This document shows, piece after piece, positions 52,634-62,125 of a DNA stretch of 64,000 nt; the first letter of the stretch is position 1; each line of letters begins with the position of its first letter. The stretch is from positions 20,030 through 84,029 of the forward strand of contig CAAFGE010000018.1 of NCBI GenBank assembly GCA_900762355.1. The letters are read 5' to 3'. Position numbers and translations under genes: made by a program. The notes under the pieces were generated by a model. It made no database searches, was not told where the DNA came from, and worked only from the letters and a program-made list of their open reading frames with translations. Source of the stretch: an uncultured Collinsella sp. (GTDB lineage Bacteria > Actinomycetota > Coriobacteriia > Coriobacteriales > Coriobacteriaceae).

Positions 52634-53632
52634 CTATTCGCTCGAGCCGGAATCGGTCGTCTCGGACGTGTCGGAACTGTCATCCGGGCTCTCGTCCTTC
52701 GTCTTGGTCGCAGCATCGCGCGACGTTCCCTGCGGCGTGCTGTTGGCCGTGTTCACGTCCTCATCCGAGGCCGACTGTTCGTCGGTCAGCGAGGTAATGA
52801 CCAGCACTTCCTCGTTGTTCTCGGCCGTCGTCTGGGCGCGCACCACAATGGTGTAGTACACGTCGTTAGCCGATTTCTCAACAGACGAGACGGTGCCGAG
52901 CGGTAGACCCTTGGGGAACACACCGCCAATGCCCGAGGTCACGATGATGTCGCCAACCTTAACGTCGGAATCGACGCTCACGTACTCAAGACGCAGCGTG
53001 CCGTCAGCCTGACCCTGCAGCATGCCCTGGGCGCGCGTGTCCTGCACCATAGCGGACACGCCCGAGTTCTCATCGCCAATCAGGCGCACGGTGGACGTCT
53101 TGGCCGAGACCTCGATAATCTGGCCTATGACACCGGCAGAACTCGTCACAGGCATGTTGATGGTAAGACCGTCGGCAGAACCCTTATCGATGGTGACGGT
53201 CGAGGTCCAGGCATCGCCCGAAGCGCCGACGATACGAGCTGCGGTTGATTTGAGGTTGTAGGTCGACTGCAGGCCGACCAGCCCCTCCAGTCGCTCGGCG
53301 GTCTTTTGAGCCTCGGAGAGCTCGGCAACCTTAGAGGTCAGTTCCTCGTTTTGCTTCTTAAGCTCGTCAAGCGTGTCCTGCGACGCCGTAAGGTTAGAGA
53401 ACACGTTACCGATCGCATTGAAGGGAGCCGCCACAGCCGAGCCCACAAAGCGCACCGGCGAGGTAATCGTCGTCACGCCCGAGCGCACGGCATGAATCGG
53501 TCCTGCCTCGCCCTCGCGGATGTAAAACGTGAGCAGCAACACCGAAATCAGGCTGAAAACAATCAACGGGCGCATACCCGTTGATTGTCGCTTGGTATTC
53601 AGATTTGTGGAGAAACCCGAAGATCGTGCCAA
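52634..53632 (-). CDS. mreC: rod shape-determining protein MreC with Ser/Asp/Thr-rich C-terminal tail
   Basis: N-terminal TM, coiled coil, two beta-barrel domains (DIIVTSGIGGVFPKGLPLG). Confidence 0.85.
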   Translation of the reverse strand: MARSSGFSTNLNTKRQSTGMRPLIVFSLISVLLLTFYIREGEAGPIHAVRSGVTTITSPVRFVGSAVAAPFNAIGNVFSNLTASQDTLDELKKQNEELTSKVAELSEAQKTAERLEGLVGLQSTYNLKSTAARIVGASGDAWTSTVTIDKGSADGLTINMPVTSSAGVIGQIIEVSAKTSTVRLIGDENSGVSAMVQDTRAQGMLQGQADGTLRLEYVSVDSDVKVGDIIVTSGIGGVFPKGLPLGTVSSVEKSANDVYYTIVVRAQTTAENNEEVLVITSLTDEQSASDEDVNTANSTPQGTSRDAATKTKDESPDDSSDTSETTDSGSSE

Positions 53633-53653
53633 ATGGAATCCACCTTTTGGAAA

Positions 53654-54697
53654 TTAAGCATTGGTCTGGACGAAGCCGCCATCAAACGCATTGGCCTCGA
53701 GCACGCGGGCACAGCCGTTAACAACGTTATCGAGCGCCGTGGGGCTGACGTTGACCGAAACGCCGGTCTCATCGCGCAGGCGCACATCGAGACCGCGCAG
53801 CAGCGCGCCGCCACCGGTCAGCAAAATGCCATAGTACATAAGGTCCGAGGCAAGATCGGGAGGCGTAGCGTCGAGTGCGTCCTTGACGGCCTTGGCCATC
53901 TCGTCGAGCGGCTTGTTGAGTGCGCGACGAATCTCCTCGCTCTCGATGCGCACGGTCTTGGGCAGACCGGTGATCACGTCGCGGCCGTTGACCTCGACGT
54001 CGAGCTCATCCTTGAGCGGCACGGCGGAGCCGACCTTGATCTTAATATCCTCTGCCGTACGCTCGCCGATGGCCAGGTTGTAGGCATCGCGAACGTGCGT
54101 GAGGATGGCCTGATCGAACTCGTCGCCGGCAATACGGATGGACTGCGAGACGACGATGCCGCCCATAGCGATAACGGCAACCTCGGTGGTACCGCCACCG
54201 ATGTCGATGACCATGGAGCCGGTGGGTTCCTCGACGGGCAGGTCGGCGCCGATGGCAGCCGCCATGGGCTCTTCGATCAGATAGGCCTGGCGGGCACCGG
54301 CCTGGATCGTGGCCTCAAAGACAGCGCGCTTCTCGACCGACGTGACACCGGAGGGAACGCAGACGACAACACGCGGACGCGGAGTCCACGGATAGCGCTT
54401 CTCGGACGCCTTGTCGATAAAGTAGCGAAGCATGGCCTCGGTAACATCGAAGTCGGCGATGACGCCGTCCTTCAGGGGACGAACGGCCACGATGTTGCCG
54501 GGCGTACGGCCGAGCATGCGCTTTGCCTCGATACCGACCGCCAAGATGCGCTCGTCGTTCTTGTCGATGGCGACAACAGAGGGCTCGCGAATGACGATGC
54601 CCTTGCCGCGCACGGAGACAAGCGTATTGGCGGTGCCGAGGTCGATGGCAAGATCGCCCGCATAGCTACCGAAGAACATATCCATCAAAGAAAACAA
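53654..54697 (-). CDS. mreB: actin-like rod shape-determining protein MreB
   Basis: 347 aa; full-length MreB similarity (DLGTANTLV, VIDIGGGTTE). Confidence 0.95.
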   Translation of the reverse strand: MFSLMDMFFGSYAGDLAIDLGTANTLVSVRGKGIVIREPSVVAIDKNDERILAVGIEAKRMLGRTPGNIVAVRPLKDGVIADFDVTEAMLRYFIDKASEKRYPWTPRPRVVVCVPSGVTSVEKRAVFEATIQAGARQAYLIEEPMAAAIGADLPVEEPTGSMVIDIGGGTTEVAVIAMGGIVVSQSIRIAGDEFDQAILTHVRDAYNLAIGERTAEDIKIKVGSAVPLKDELDVEVNGRDVITGLPKTVRIESEEIRRALNKPLDEMAKAVKDALDATPPDLASDLMYYGILLTGGGALLRGLDVRLRDETGVSVNVSPTALDNVVNGCARVLEANAFDGGFVQTNA

Positions 54698-54757
54698 CGC
54701 AACTCCTGATGTGTTGGATGATTGCTGGAAAACTACTAGCTCATCATACTAGCGCAA

Positions 54758-54790
54758 GCCCGGCGCCTCACTTGCGGTGAAGCGCCGGGC
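54758..54790 (-). terminator. hairpin (14-bp stem, one mismatch) downstream of the TPR-protein gene
   Basis: GCCCGGCGCCTCAC-ttgcg-GTGAAGCGCCGGGC; U-tract weak. Confidence 0.4.
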
Positions 54791-54812
54791 AAAGCTAAAT
54801 CCCATAAGGTCA

Positions 54813-56117
54813 CTACTGGTTGTCAGCAGCCGAGAAATCCATATCAAGCGAAGAAACGGCCCAGCCGATATGGTTGTCGGAGCGCACGAATTTGACGGTG
54901 TACTCCTGCTCGCCGCCCTTGGACAGCGATGCCTTCACCTTGGCGGTCGTCTCGGTCATGGACTGATCCATGCCCTCGACGGACACGGTGGCACCCTGCG
55001 GAATCGAGGAGATGATCATCGACTTAGCGTCCTCGGACAGGCTCGAGGCCAGGCAAGACTCGGCCTTTGCGGCGTCACCGTCGCCGGCAGCCTGGAACAG
55101 ATCGGTAACGACAGACTCCTGAGACGGGAAGCCAAAGCCGCGCGTGTAGGCAAAGCCCAGACCGCCCGCGGCGATCAAAATGAGCAGAAGCAGCACGATG
55201 AAGACTTTAAGACCCGTGTGGCGATGGCGACGACGGACCTTGGCCTGCTTACGATCCTGACGGTCCTGCTGGACCATCTCGGACTCGGACAGCGTAAAGA
55301 AGCCGGTGTCCGAGGGATCGGGCATAAACTGACCGGTCGCGCCCGTAGGATCGAGAGGATCGACGGCAGGAGCGTCCATCGCGGGCGCCGGAGCCGTGGC
55401 CATAGCCGTCTGGGCAGACAGCGCGGCAAGCGAATCGTGCACGCGGGCAAGCTCATCGGCCTGCTCGGAGGTGAGCTGGTAGATGCCATCGGCAGTAGCG
55501 GCGTTAAAGGCGTCGAGTGCGTCGGAGGGACGGCCGGCGGCAGAAAGCGCCTGACCCATGCCGGCGTTGAGCGCACGCGTGTCGTCGCGGGGGCCGGCAA
55601 AGTCGATAGCCGTGCGGTAGGTCTCCACGGCATCCGCCGGACGGCCGAGCTTAATGAAGCAACGACCGAGCTCGCCGAGTGCGGCGGCAGGAGCCGGATT
55701 GGCGCCGTCGATGGCAGCCTGACGGAAGGCGGTTCCTGCGTTGGCATAGTCGCCCGACTGGAACAGCGCATTGCCCAGGCCCAGATAGGCCTTGAACGGC
55801 GTGGCATAGGAAGCATCCTGCGTAGCAGCAGAGAACGCCTGAGCGGCCGTCGTGTAGTCGCCCACGGCGGCAAGCGCCTTGCCGCGGTTGGTGAGCAGCG
55901 CGCCGCGCTTGCCGTAGGTGCCGTCGTTGAGGGCGGCGGCATAGGCCTCGGCGGCCTCGGCATACATGCCCAGGTGCATCAAGGCGTTGCCGCGAAGGTG
56001 ATCTGCCTCGCCCATAATCTCATCGGGAGTCTTTGCCGCCCCAAGCATCTGGGCTGCAGCGGAAAAATCACCCGCGCGGTAAGCGGCGCGGCCCTGTTGG
56101 ATCAGCTGGCTATTCAA
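54813..56117 (-). CDS. TPR-repeat membrane-anchored protein (hypothetical)
   Basis: N-terminal TPR repeats, basic stretch plus one TM (VFIVLLLLILIAAGGLGFAY), and a ~110-aa C-terminal extracytoplasmic domain. Confidence 0.7.
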   Translation of the reverse strand: MNSQLIQQGRAAYRAGDFSAAAQMLGAAKTPDEIMGEADHLRGNALMHLGMYAEAAEAYAAALNDGTYGKRGALLTNRGKALAAVGDYTTAAQAFSAATQDASYATPFKAYLGLGNALFQSGDYANAGTAFRQAAIDGANPAPAAALGELGRCFIKLGRPADAVETYRTAIDFAGPRDDTRALNAGMGQALSAAGRPSDALDAFNAATADGIYQLTSEQADELARVHDSLAALSAQTAMATAPAPAMDAPAVDPLDPTGATGQFMPDPSDTGFFTLSESEMVQQDRQDRKQAKVRRRHRHTGLKVFIVLLLLILIAAGGLGFAYTRGFGFPSQESVVTDLFQAAGDGDAAKAESCLASSLSEDAKSMIISSIPQGATVSVEGMDQSMTETTAKVKASLSKGGEQEYTVKFVRSDNHIGWAVSSLDMDFSAADNQ

Positions 56118-56128
56118 GGAAGTCCCCT

Positions 56129-56671
56129 TTACTCGTGAACGATCTCGACATGGACGATCTCGTCGCCGGCACGCAGCTGCGAAATCACATCGAGACCCTC
56201 GACCGTGGTACCAAAGACGGTGTAACCGGAATCGAGGTTATGCTGGGCGCCCAGGCAGAAGTAGAACTGCGAACCCGCGGAATCGGGGTCCATGGAGCGC
56301 GCCATGGCAAGGGCGCCATCGACATGGCTGTTGCGCGGATTGGTGGCGAACTCGCCCTTGATGCAGTAGCCGGGGCCACCGGTACCGGGCATGCCGTCGG
56401 GGCCCTCAAGACCGGCGGCGACGTCGGCGCCGGACATGTCGCGGGTATTGGGGTCCCCGCCCTGGATAACAAAACCGGGCACATAGCGATGGAACTTAAG
56501 GCCATCATAGAAGCCCATCGTGGAAAGCTCGCAGAAGTTCGCGACATGAATGGGAGCGCCCTCGCCGTCAAACTTGACCTTGATGGTACCCTTCGACGTC
56601 TCGATTACGGCGCACTCGTCGCCGACAAGCTGATACTCGGGCGTGTAGAGCTCTTTCTTAAAACCAAACAT
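56129..56671 (-). CDS. ppiB: cyclophilin-type peptidyl-prolyl cis-trans isomerase
   Basis: 180 aa; FHRYVPGFVIQGGDP cyclophilin signature. Confidence 0.9.
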   Translation of the reverse strand: MFGFKKELYTPEYQLVGDECAVIETSKGTIKVKFDGEGAPIHVANFCELSTMGFYDGLKFHRYVPGFVIQGGDPNTRDMSGADVAAGLEGPDGMPGTGGPGYCIKGEFATNPRNSHVDGALAMARSMDPDSAGSQFYFCLGAQHNLDSGYTVFGTTVEGLDVISQLRAGDEIVHVEIVHE

Positions 56672-56778
56672 GTGGTTCCTTCCTCGTGCGTTTAAAGCAT
56701 ATTTGTACGAATTGTAGCAATAAGCACGGGCTTACATCAATTGCGCACGTAGGTTATGCCGACTATGGCGAACTAATT

Positions 56779-57951
56779 TTAGAAACGCTGCTGCGGCTTC
56801 CAGGAACCCACATTGGCGTCGTACTGGTTCAGCGCGCTGTTGCCACCCTGCGCGATGGGCGCCAGGATCTCGCTTTGGTGGGAACTCATCGACTCGCCAT
56901 CGGGAATGGCCAGCGAGATGTCCCAGCTCTGGCAGATCACGTCGACGCGCTCATACATCCACTCGGCAAGCTGCTTTAAGTGGGCGATGTCGTCCGCATA
57001 GACCGTATCGTCCTGTACTTTCAGGTTGTTAAGCTCATCTTGCGTCTTTTTGATCTGGTCGCGCAGGGCGTAGGCACTCTGCGACAGCTCCTGACGGGTG
57101 GACAGCGGCGTTCGGAGATAGCCGTTGTTAAAGGAATCGATGACCTCGCCGATCTGGTCCTCGTCAGCGTAGGACACGATGGTCTGATACAGACCGTCGA
57201 GCCTGGTATAGAGCTGATCATCGGTGAGCACGGTTTCTTCCTGGACCACCTCGGCAGAATCGTCCTGCTTGGTATCGTCCTCAGTGGCCTCGCCCTTTTG
57301 GCGCGTGGGGAAGGTCGTCTGCGCGGCCTGGCCAAACTGGTCGTAGAAGCCAGGCATGACACCCATGGGATCGGTCGTCACGAACCAATAGGCACCGCCG
57401 CAAACGACGGCAAGGACCGCGATGACGATAAGCGGCTTGGGAATATGACGCTTGTGCTTGTGATAGGCATCCTCGTCGGGGTGCACCTTGCGCTTGGGTT
57501 TTTGAGCATCGTCATGCAGGGAAACGGGCATGGGAATATCGACCTTGGGGATACCGAAATCCTTATCGAAAGCTGGCAGCACGCAGGTCTCATTGGGGTC
57601 GGCGGCGTCCGAAAGCACCGCAGCGGCAGAGGCCGGCGCATGCGGCACCTCGGTATCGATCTGCTCTTGCGTTAGGCGCGGAAAGCCCGCCGTGCGGCCC
57701 GCTGCCAGATCGGATGCAGCCGCGTCCTCGGAGAGGATACCCGGAGCCGGGCGTCCGCATTTGGGGCATGTACGATCATGCGGAGAAAGACGGGCACCGC
57801 AGCCCTCACAGAACACAAACTCGGTGTGCTCGGGACCATCGCCCGGACCCACATAGGCGTTGCAGTAGGGGCAGAACGAGGCGCCGTCCTCGATAGTCTT
57901 AAGGCAATGCGGGCAGATCACGGCATCCTCTTTTCGAAGCAATTCAAACAA
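56779..57951 (-). CDS. double-zinc-ribbon membrane protein (hypothetical)
   Basis: Two CxxC...CxxC ribbons in the first 70 aa, one TM (LIVIAVLAVVCGGAYWFV), and a ~190-aa C-terminal domain. Confidence 0.65.
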   Translation of the reverse strand: MFELLRKEDAVICPHCLKTIEDGASFCPYCNAYVGPGDGPEHTEFVFCEGCGARLSPHDRTCPKCGRPAPGILSEDAAASDLAAGRTAGFPRLTQEQIDTEVPHAPASAAAVLSDAADPNETCVLPAFDKDFGIPKVDIPMPVSLHDDAQKPKRKVHPDEDAYHKHKRHIPKPLIVIAVLAVVCGGAYWFVTTDPMGVMPGFYDQFGQAAQTTFPTRQKGEATEDDTKQDDSAEVVQEETVLTDDQLYTRLDGLYQTIVSYADEDQIGEVIDSFNNGYLRTPLSTRQELSQSAYALRDQIKKTQDELNNLKVQDDTVYADDIAHLKQLAEWMYERVDVICQSWDISLAIPDGESMSSHQSEILAPIAQGGNSALNQYDANVGSWKPQQRF

Positions 57952-58024
57952 TCGAGGTTAGAGCATAACATCGCCACGGCTCCACTGGAGCAAGGCACCA
58001 ATTCAACATCGCCAGGGCGCGTAG

Positions 58025-60757
58025 TTACTTCTTCTTTTTGCTCGGCATCGAGACTTTGATGCCTTGGGCGGACTTGGTTACGCGAGAGCGCTTGGCTCCG
58101 CTACCCTTCTTTTTCTTGGGCTGGACCTGGGCCACGCCCTCGAGTGCGCGGGCCTCGGCCTCGCGAGCGGTGCGATCTTCGCGGCGCTGCGCCATGTCGG
58201 CGGCGACGCGCTTGGCAAAACGCTCCGCCGTCGAACCCGTCGAGCTCACCTTGCCGCCACCGCGACCCAGGCGGACGCGCACACCGCGTCCAAAACCAGT
58301 TGCGGCATGACGACGACGCGGCTTGAGCGAATCCATCATCGTGGCGAGCTTAAAGAACACCGAGCAGGTAAAGACCACGATGACAGCCAAGATAACCATC
58401 TGGCCCATCGACAGGTTGGCAATAGACAGCAGCTCCGGGAATCCGATAACGCCCACCAAGATGCCAGCGACTACAAACACAAAGAGCACCACGCGCAAGG
58501 GCGTGAGAGGCTGCGAGATGCGCCAGATCAGGCTGACGCTCGCCGCGCACGACGTAAGCAGGCACATCGTAGACAGCGTGAGCTGGCTAAAGCCAAACAC
58601 GCGCGCCACAAAGATATCGAGCGCCGCAGCCAAAATGACCGCAATCGACGCCGGCAGTGCACGCTTGAGCACGTTGGTCAAAAATGACCCCTTCACGCGA
58701 GCATTGTTGGGCTCCAGGCCCAACACAAAGCCCGGCGCGCCGATGCAGAAGAAGTTGATGAGCGTCATCTGAATCGGCTCGAAAGGGTACGGCGGCAGCG
58801 CGATGCACAGCGCCGCCAGGCCCATCGAGAACAGCGTCTTGGTCAAGAACAGCGAAGCCGAACGCTGCAGGTTGTTGATGGAGCGACGGCCTTCGGCCAC
58901 CACGGCGGGCATCGAGGCAAAGTCGTTGTCGACGAGCACGATCTCGGCCACGTTGCGCGCGGCATCGGAGCCGGCCGCCATGGCGACGGAGCAGTCGGCC
59001 TCCTTGAGCGCCAACACGTCGTTGACGCCGTCGCCCGTCATGGCCACGGTGTGCTCGCGGCGCTTGAGCGCCTGCACGAGCTCGCGCTTCTGCTGCGGGG
59101 TCACACGACCAAAGACATGGTAGCGGTCCACTGCGGCATCGAGCTTGGCCGGCGTATCGAGCGTCGTGGCGTCCACATAAGCGTCCGCCCCCGGCACGCC
59201 CACCACGCGCGCGATCGACGACACCGTACGCGGGTCGTCGCCACTGATCACGTTGAGGGTCACGCCCTGCTCGTTAAAGTAGCCGATGGTCTCGGCCGCC
59301 GAGGTACGAATCTCGTCGCGGATGGTCACAAAGCCCACGGGCTCGGCCTCGCCCGCCATATCGCCATCGGGCGTAAAGCCGTCCACGCGCGCCACCACGA
59401 GCACGCGGCAGGTATCGGCAAGCTCGGCGACACGGTTCTCGACCTGGGCAAACGCACGATCAGAGAGCACAAACTGCGCCGCACCCATCACATAGGAGCC
59501 CTGCGCAAACGACGCGCCGCTCCACTTTTTGGAGGACGAGAACGGAATGACCGACAGCGGCTCAGACACCTCGACCGGGCGATCGGCGTAATAGTTGAGC
59601 AGCGCCTGGCAGGTCTCGTTGGCATCGGCCGAAGTCGCACGCGCCACGTTAGCCAGCGCAAAATCGAGCACCGTGGTATCGACGGGAACGGCGGCGTCGC
59701 CCTCCCCCGCACCCATACCCTCGACCGGCAGCGGATACGTGCCCTCGACCTCCATGCGACCCGACGTGATGGTGCCCGTCTTGTCCAGGCACAGCACGTC
59801 GACGCGCGCGAGCGTCTCGATGCAGTAGAGCTGCTGCGCCAGCACCTTGCGGCGGGCCAGGCGCACCGTGGCGATGGCGAGCACCGACGAGGTCAGCAGC
59901 ACCAAGCCTTGCGGAATCATGCCCAGCAGGGCACCCACCGTGGACAGCAGCGCCGACGAAGGCACATGACCAGCCAACAGCTCGGAGAAGCACCACGAAA
60001 GCGCGCTGTCACCCGGGGTACCGGCGGCGTCCCACAGCTCGCTCACGCTCGAGGTGAACAGCGCCAGGCCAAGCGGAATCATGATGATGCTCGCAAAACG
60101 CACGATGGCGTTGAGCGCGTTCATGATCTCGGAATTGACCTTTTTTACGTACTTGGCCTCGTTGTTGATCTTGGCCACGTAGTTGTCGGCGCCGACATGG
60201 ATCACGCGGGCGCGAAGCAGGCCCGAATCGATAAAGCTGCCGCTCATGAGCTCGGAGCCGGGCTGCTTCTTAATGAGGTCGCTCTCGCCCGTCAGCAGGC
60301 TCTCGTTGACGAGCGCCTCGCCCGACACCACCACGGCGTCGACGGGAATCTGGTCGCCGCGCCCCAGGCGAATGATGTCGTCGAGCACGATCTGGTCCAG
60401 GTCGAGCTCCACCTCGGCCCCGTCGCGCACCGCGATGGCCTTCTTGGAGGTGAGCAGCGTGAGTTTGTCGACCATCTTCTTGGAGCGCATGGACTGAATG
60501 ACGCCAATCGCCGTGTTCAAGAACACCACGAACAAGAACGTCAAGTTCTTAAACGAACCGGTCAACAGGACCAGAATCGCCAAGACCACGTTAATCAAGT
60601 TGAACAACGTGCAGAGGTTCTCGATGATGAGCTCTTTGACCGACTTGGTCTTGAGCTCCATGTTGCGGTTGATCTTACCGGCGGCGATGCGCTCCTCGAC
60701 CTCGGCGGTCGAAAGTCCGCGCTCGATATCCGTTGCTGCCATACCACGTCCCATCAC
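58025..60757 (-). CDS. cation-transporting P-type ATPase (PacL/Ca2+-Mg2+ type) with Lys/Arg-rich C-terminal tail
   Basis: TGES actuator motif, DKTGTIT phosphorylation site, TGDGVNDVLALKEAD hinge, 10 predicted TM segments. Confidence 0.9.
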   Translation of the reverse strand: MMGRGMAATDIERGLSTAEVEERIAAGKINRNMELKTKSVKELIIENLCTLFNLINVVLAILVLLTGSFKNLTFLFVVFLNTAIGVIQSMRSKKMVDKLTLLTSKKAIAVRDGAEVELDLDQIVLDDIIRLGRGDQIPVDAVVVSGEALVNESLLTGESDLIKKQPGSELMSGSFIDSGLLRARVIHVGADNYVAKINNEAKYVKKVNSEIMNALNAIVRFASIIMIPLGLALFTSSVSELWDAAGTPGDSALSWCFSELLAGHVPSSALLSTVGALLGMIPQGLVLLTSSVLAIATVRLARRKVLAQQLYCIETLARVDVLCLDKTGTITSGRMEVEGTYPLPVEGMGAGEGDAAVPVDTTVLDFALANVARATSADANETCQALLNYYADRPVEVSEPLSVIPFSSSKKWSGASFAQGSYVMGAAQFVLSDRAFAQVENRVAELADTCRVLVVARVDGFTPDGDMAGEAEPVGFVTIRDEIRTSAAETIGYFNEQGVTLNVISGDDPRTVSSIARVVGVPGADAYVDATTLDTPAKLDAAVDRYHVFGRVTPQQKRELVQALKRREHTVAMTGDGVNDVLALKEADCSVAMAAGSDAARNVAEIVLVDNDFASMPAVVAEGRRSINNLQRSASLFLTKTLFSMGLAALCIALPPYPFEPIQMTLINFFCIGAPGFVLGLEPNNARVKGSFLTNVLKRALPASIAVILAAALDIFVARVFGFSQLTLSTMCLLTSCAASVSLIWRISQPLTPLRVVLFVFVVAGILVGVIGFPELLSIANLSMGQMVILAVIVVFTCSVFFKLATMMDSLKPRRRHAATGFGRGVRVRLGRGGGKVSSTGSTAERFAKRVAADMAQRREDRTAREAEARALEGVAQVQPKKKKGSGAKRSRVTKSAQGIKVSMPSKKKK

Positions 60758-60818
60758 GTCGCGTCGGTATAAGAAAAACCGCCCGGACCATGCGAGGTTC
60801 GGACGGTCTTACGTTCGA

Positions 60819-60895
60819 TGGTGCCCCATGTTGGATTCGAACCAACGGCCTTCTGCTCCGGAGGCAGACGCTCTAATCCCCTGAGCTAATAGGGC
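60819..60895 (-). tRNA. tRNA-Arg (anticodon CCG)
   Basis: Manual cloverleaf: 7-bp acceptor stem (one G-U pair), D-arm GCTC/GAGC, anticodon loop CTCCGGA, T-arm GTTGG-TTCGAAT-CCAAC, encoded CCA; 77 nt. Confidence 0.85.
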
Positions 60896-60989
60896 CAACG
60901 TTTGGCATTATACCCAAGTGCACCACGGGCTATCAAAATAAAAGAAAAAGCTTTGCAATTCCGAGGAAGACGCGGTGCAACGGCTCACT

Positions 60990-61018
60990 TTAGAAGGCAA
61001 AAGTGAGTCAGATAGTAT
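60990..61018 (+). promoter_or_regulatory. candidate aroF promoter (TTAGAA-17-TAGTAT)
   Basis: Hexamers read from sequence; prediction only. Confidence 0.25.
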
Positions 61019-61042
61019 AAACTCTCATGCACCATATATACA

Positions 61043-61066
61043 CGGCTCGCGATGCGGGCCGTTTTT
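61043..61066 (+). promoter_or_regulatory. terminator-like hairpin + T5 within the aroF leader (candidate attenuator)
   Basis: CGGCTCG-cgatg-CGGGCCG 7-bp stem then TTTTT, 34 nt upstream of the aroF ATG; an alternative 9-bp hairpin (GGCTCACTT...AAGTGAGTC) lies 35 nt upstream. Confidence 0.4.
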
Positions 61067-61099
61067 GCAAGGGTTATCCATCGAGGTGAGAGGCACACC

Positions 61100-62122
61100 A
61101 TGATTGCAATTTTAAAGCAGAGCGCCAGCGACGAGGCCGTCAGCCACATCGTTAGCTGGATTGAGAAGAAGGGTCTCAAGACCGATGTCTCGCGCGGCGA
61201 GAACGAGACCATCATCGGCCTCGTGGGCGATACCACCAAGATCGACCCGTTCCTGCTCGAGTCCATGGACGTCGTCGAGCGCGTGCAGCGCGTCTCCGAG
61301 CCGTTCAAGCGCGCCAACCGCAAGTTCCACCCCGAGGACTCCGTCATTGACTGCGGCCACGGTGTCAAGATCGGCGGCGACCAGTTCCAGGTCATCGCCG
61401 GACCCTGCTCCGTCGAGGGCGAGAACCTCATCCGCATCGCCCGCCGCGTAAAGGCCGCCGGTGCCACGATGCTGCGCGGTGGTGCCTACAAGCCTCGCAC
61501 CTCCCCCTACGCCTACCAGGGCATGGGACCCGCCGGCCTTGACCTGCTGTGTGAGGCATCGGCCGAGCTCGATATGCCAATCGTCACCGAGATCATGGAC
61601 CCGCGTGACGTGCAGGTCTTCCTCGATAAGAAGATCGACGTCATGCAGATCGGCGCCCGCAACGCCCAGAACTTCCCCTTGCTCAAAGAGGTCGGCAAGA
61701 CGCAGACCCCGATCCTGCTCAAGCGCGGCATGTCCGGCACGATCGACGAGCTGCTCATGGCTGCCGAGTACATCATGAGCGAGGGCAACGACAACGTCAT
61801 CCTGTGCGAGCGCGGCATTCGCACCTTCGAGACCCGCACCCGCAACACCTTCGACCTCAACGCCGTGCCGGTGCTGCACCACCTGTCGCACCTGCCCGTC
61901 GTCGCCGACCCCAGCCATGCCACCGGCTACACCCGCTACGTTGAGCCCATGGCGCTCGCCGCGACCGCCTGCGGCGCCAACGGCTTGGAGATCGAGGTCC
62001 ACGACGAGCCGAGCCGGGCCTGGTCCGACGGCGCCCAGGCCCTCACCCCCGATCAGTTCGACGACACCATGCGCCGCATCCGCGCCATCCGCGAGGTCGT
62101 CTGCCAAGAGACCATGGAGTAG
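61100..62122 (+). CDS. aroF: 3-deoxy-7-phosphoheptulonate (DAHP) synthase, AroF-type, with N-terminal ACT-like regulatory domain
   Basis: KPRTSPY...GARN motifs of type I-beta DAHP synthase; ATG at 61100 with a GAGGTGAGAGG ribosome-binding site. Confidence 0.9.
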   Translation: MIAILKQSASDEAVSHIVSWIEKKGLKTDVSRGENETIIGLVGDTTKIDPFLLESMDVVERVQRVSEPFKRANRKFHPEDSVIDCGHGVKIGGDQFQVIAGPCSVEGENLIRIARRVKAAGATMLRGGAYKPRTSPYAYQGMGPAGLDLLCEASAELDMPIVTEIMDPRDVQVFLDKKIDVMQIGARNAQNFPLLKEVGKTQTPILLKRGMSGTIDELLMAAEYIMSEGNDNVILCERGIRTFETRTRNTFDLNAVPVLHHLSHLPVVADPSHATGYTRYVEPMALAATACGANGLEIEVHDEPSRAWSDGAQALTPDQFDDTMRRIRAIREVVCQETME

Positions 62123-62125
62123 TCC

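Noticed and set aside
61027-61089. 20-codon leader ORF (MHHIYTARDAGRFCKGYPSR) spanning the aroF leader hairpin
   Set aside because: No Shine-Dalgarno sequence, no run of aromatic codons, and the ORF would have to be translated through the terminator. A classic leader-peptide attenuator is not supported.
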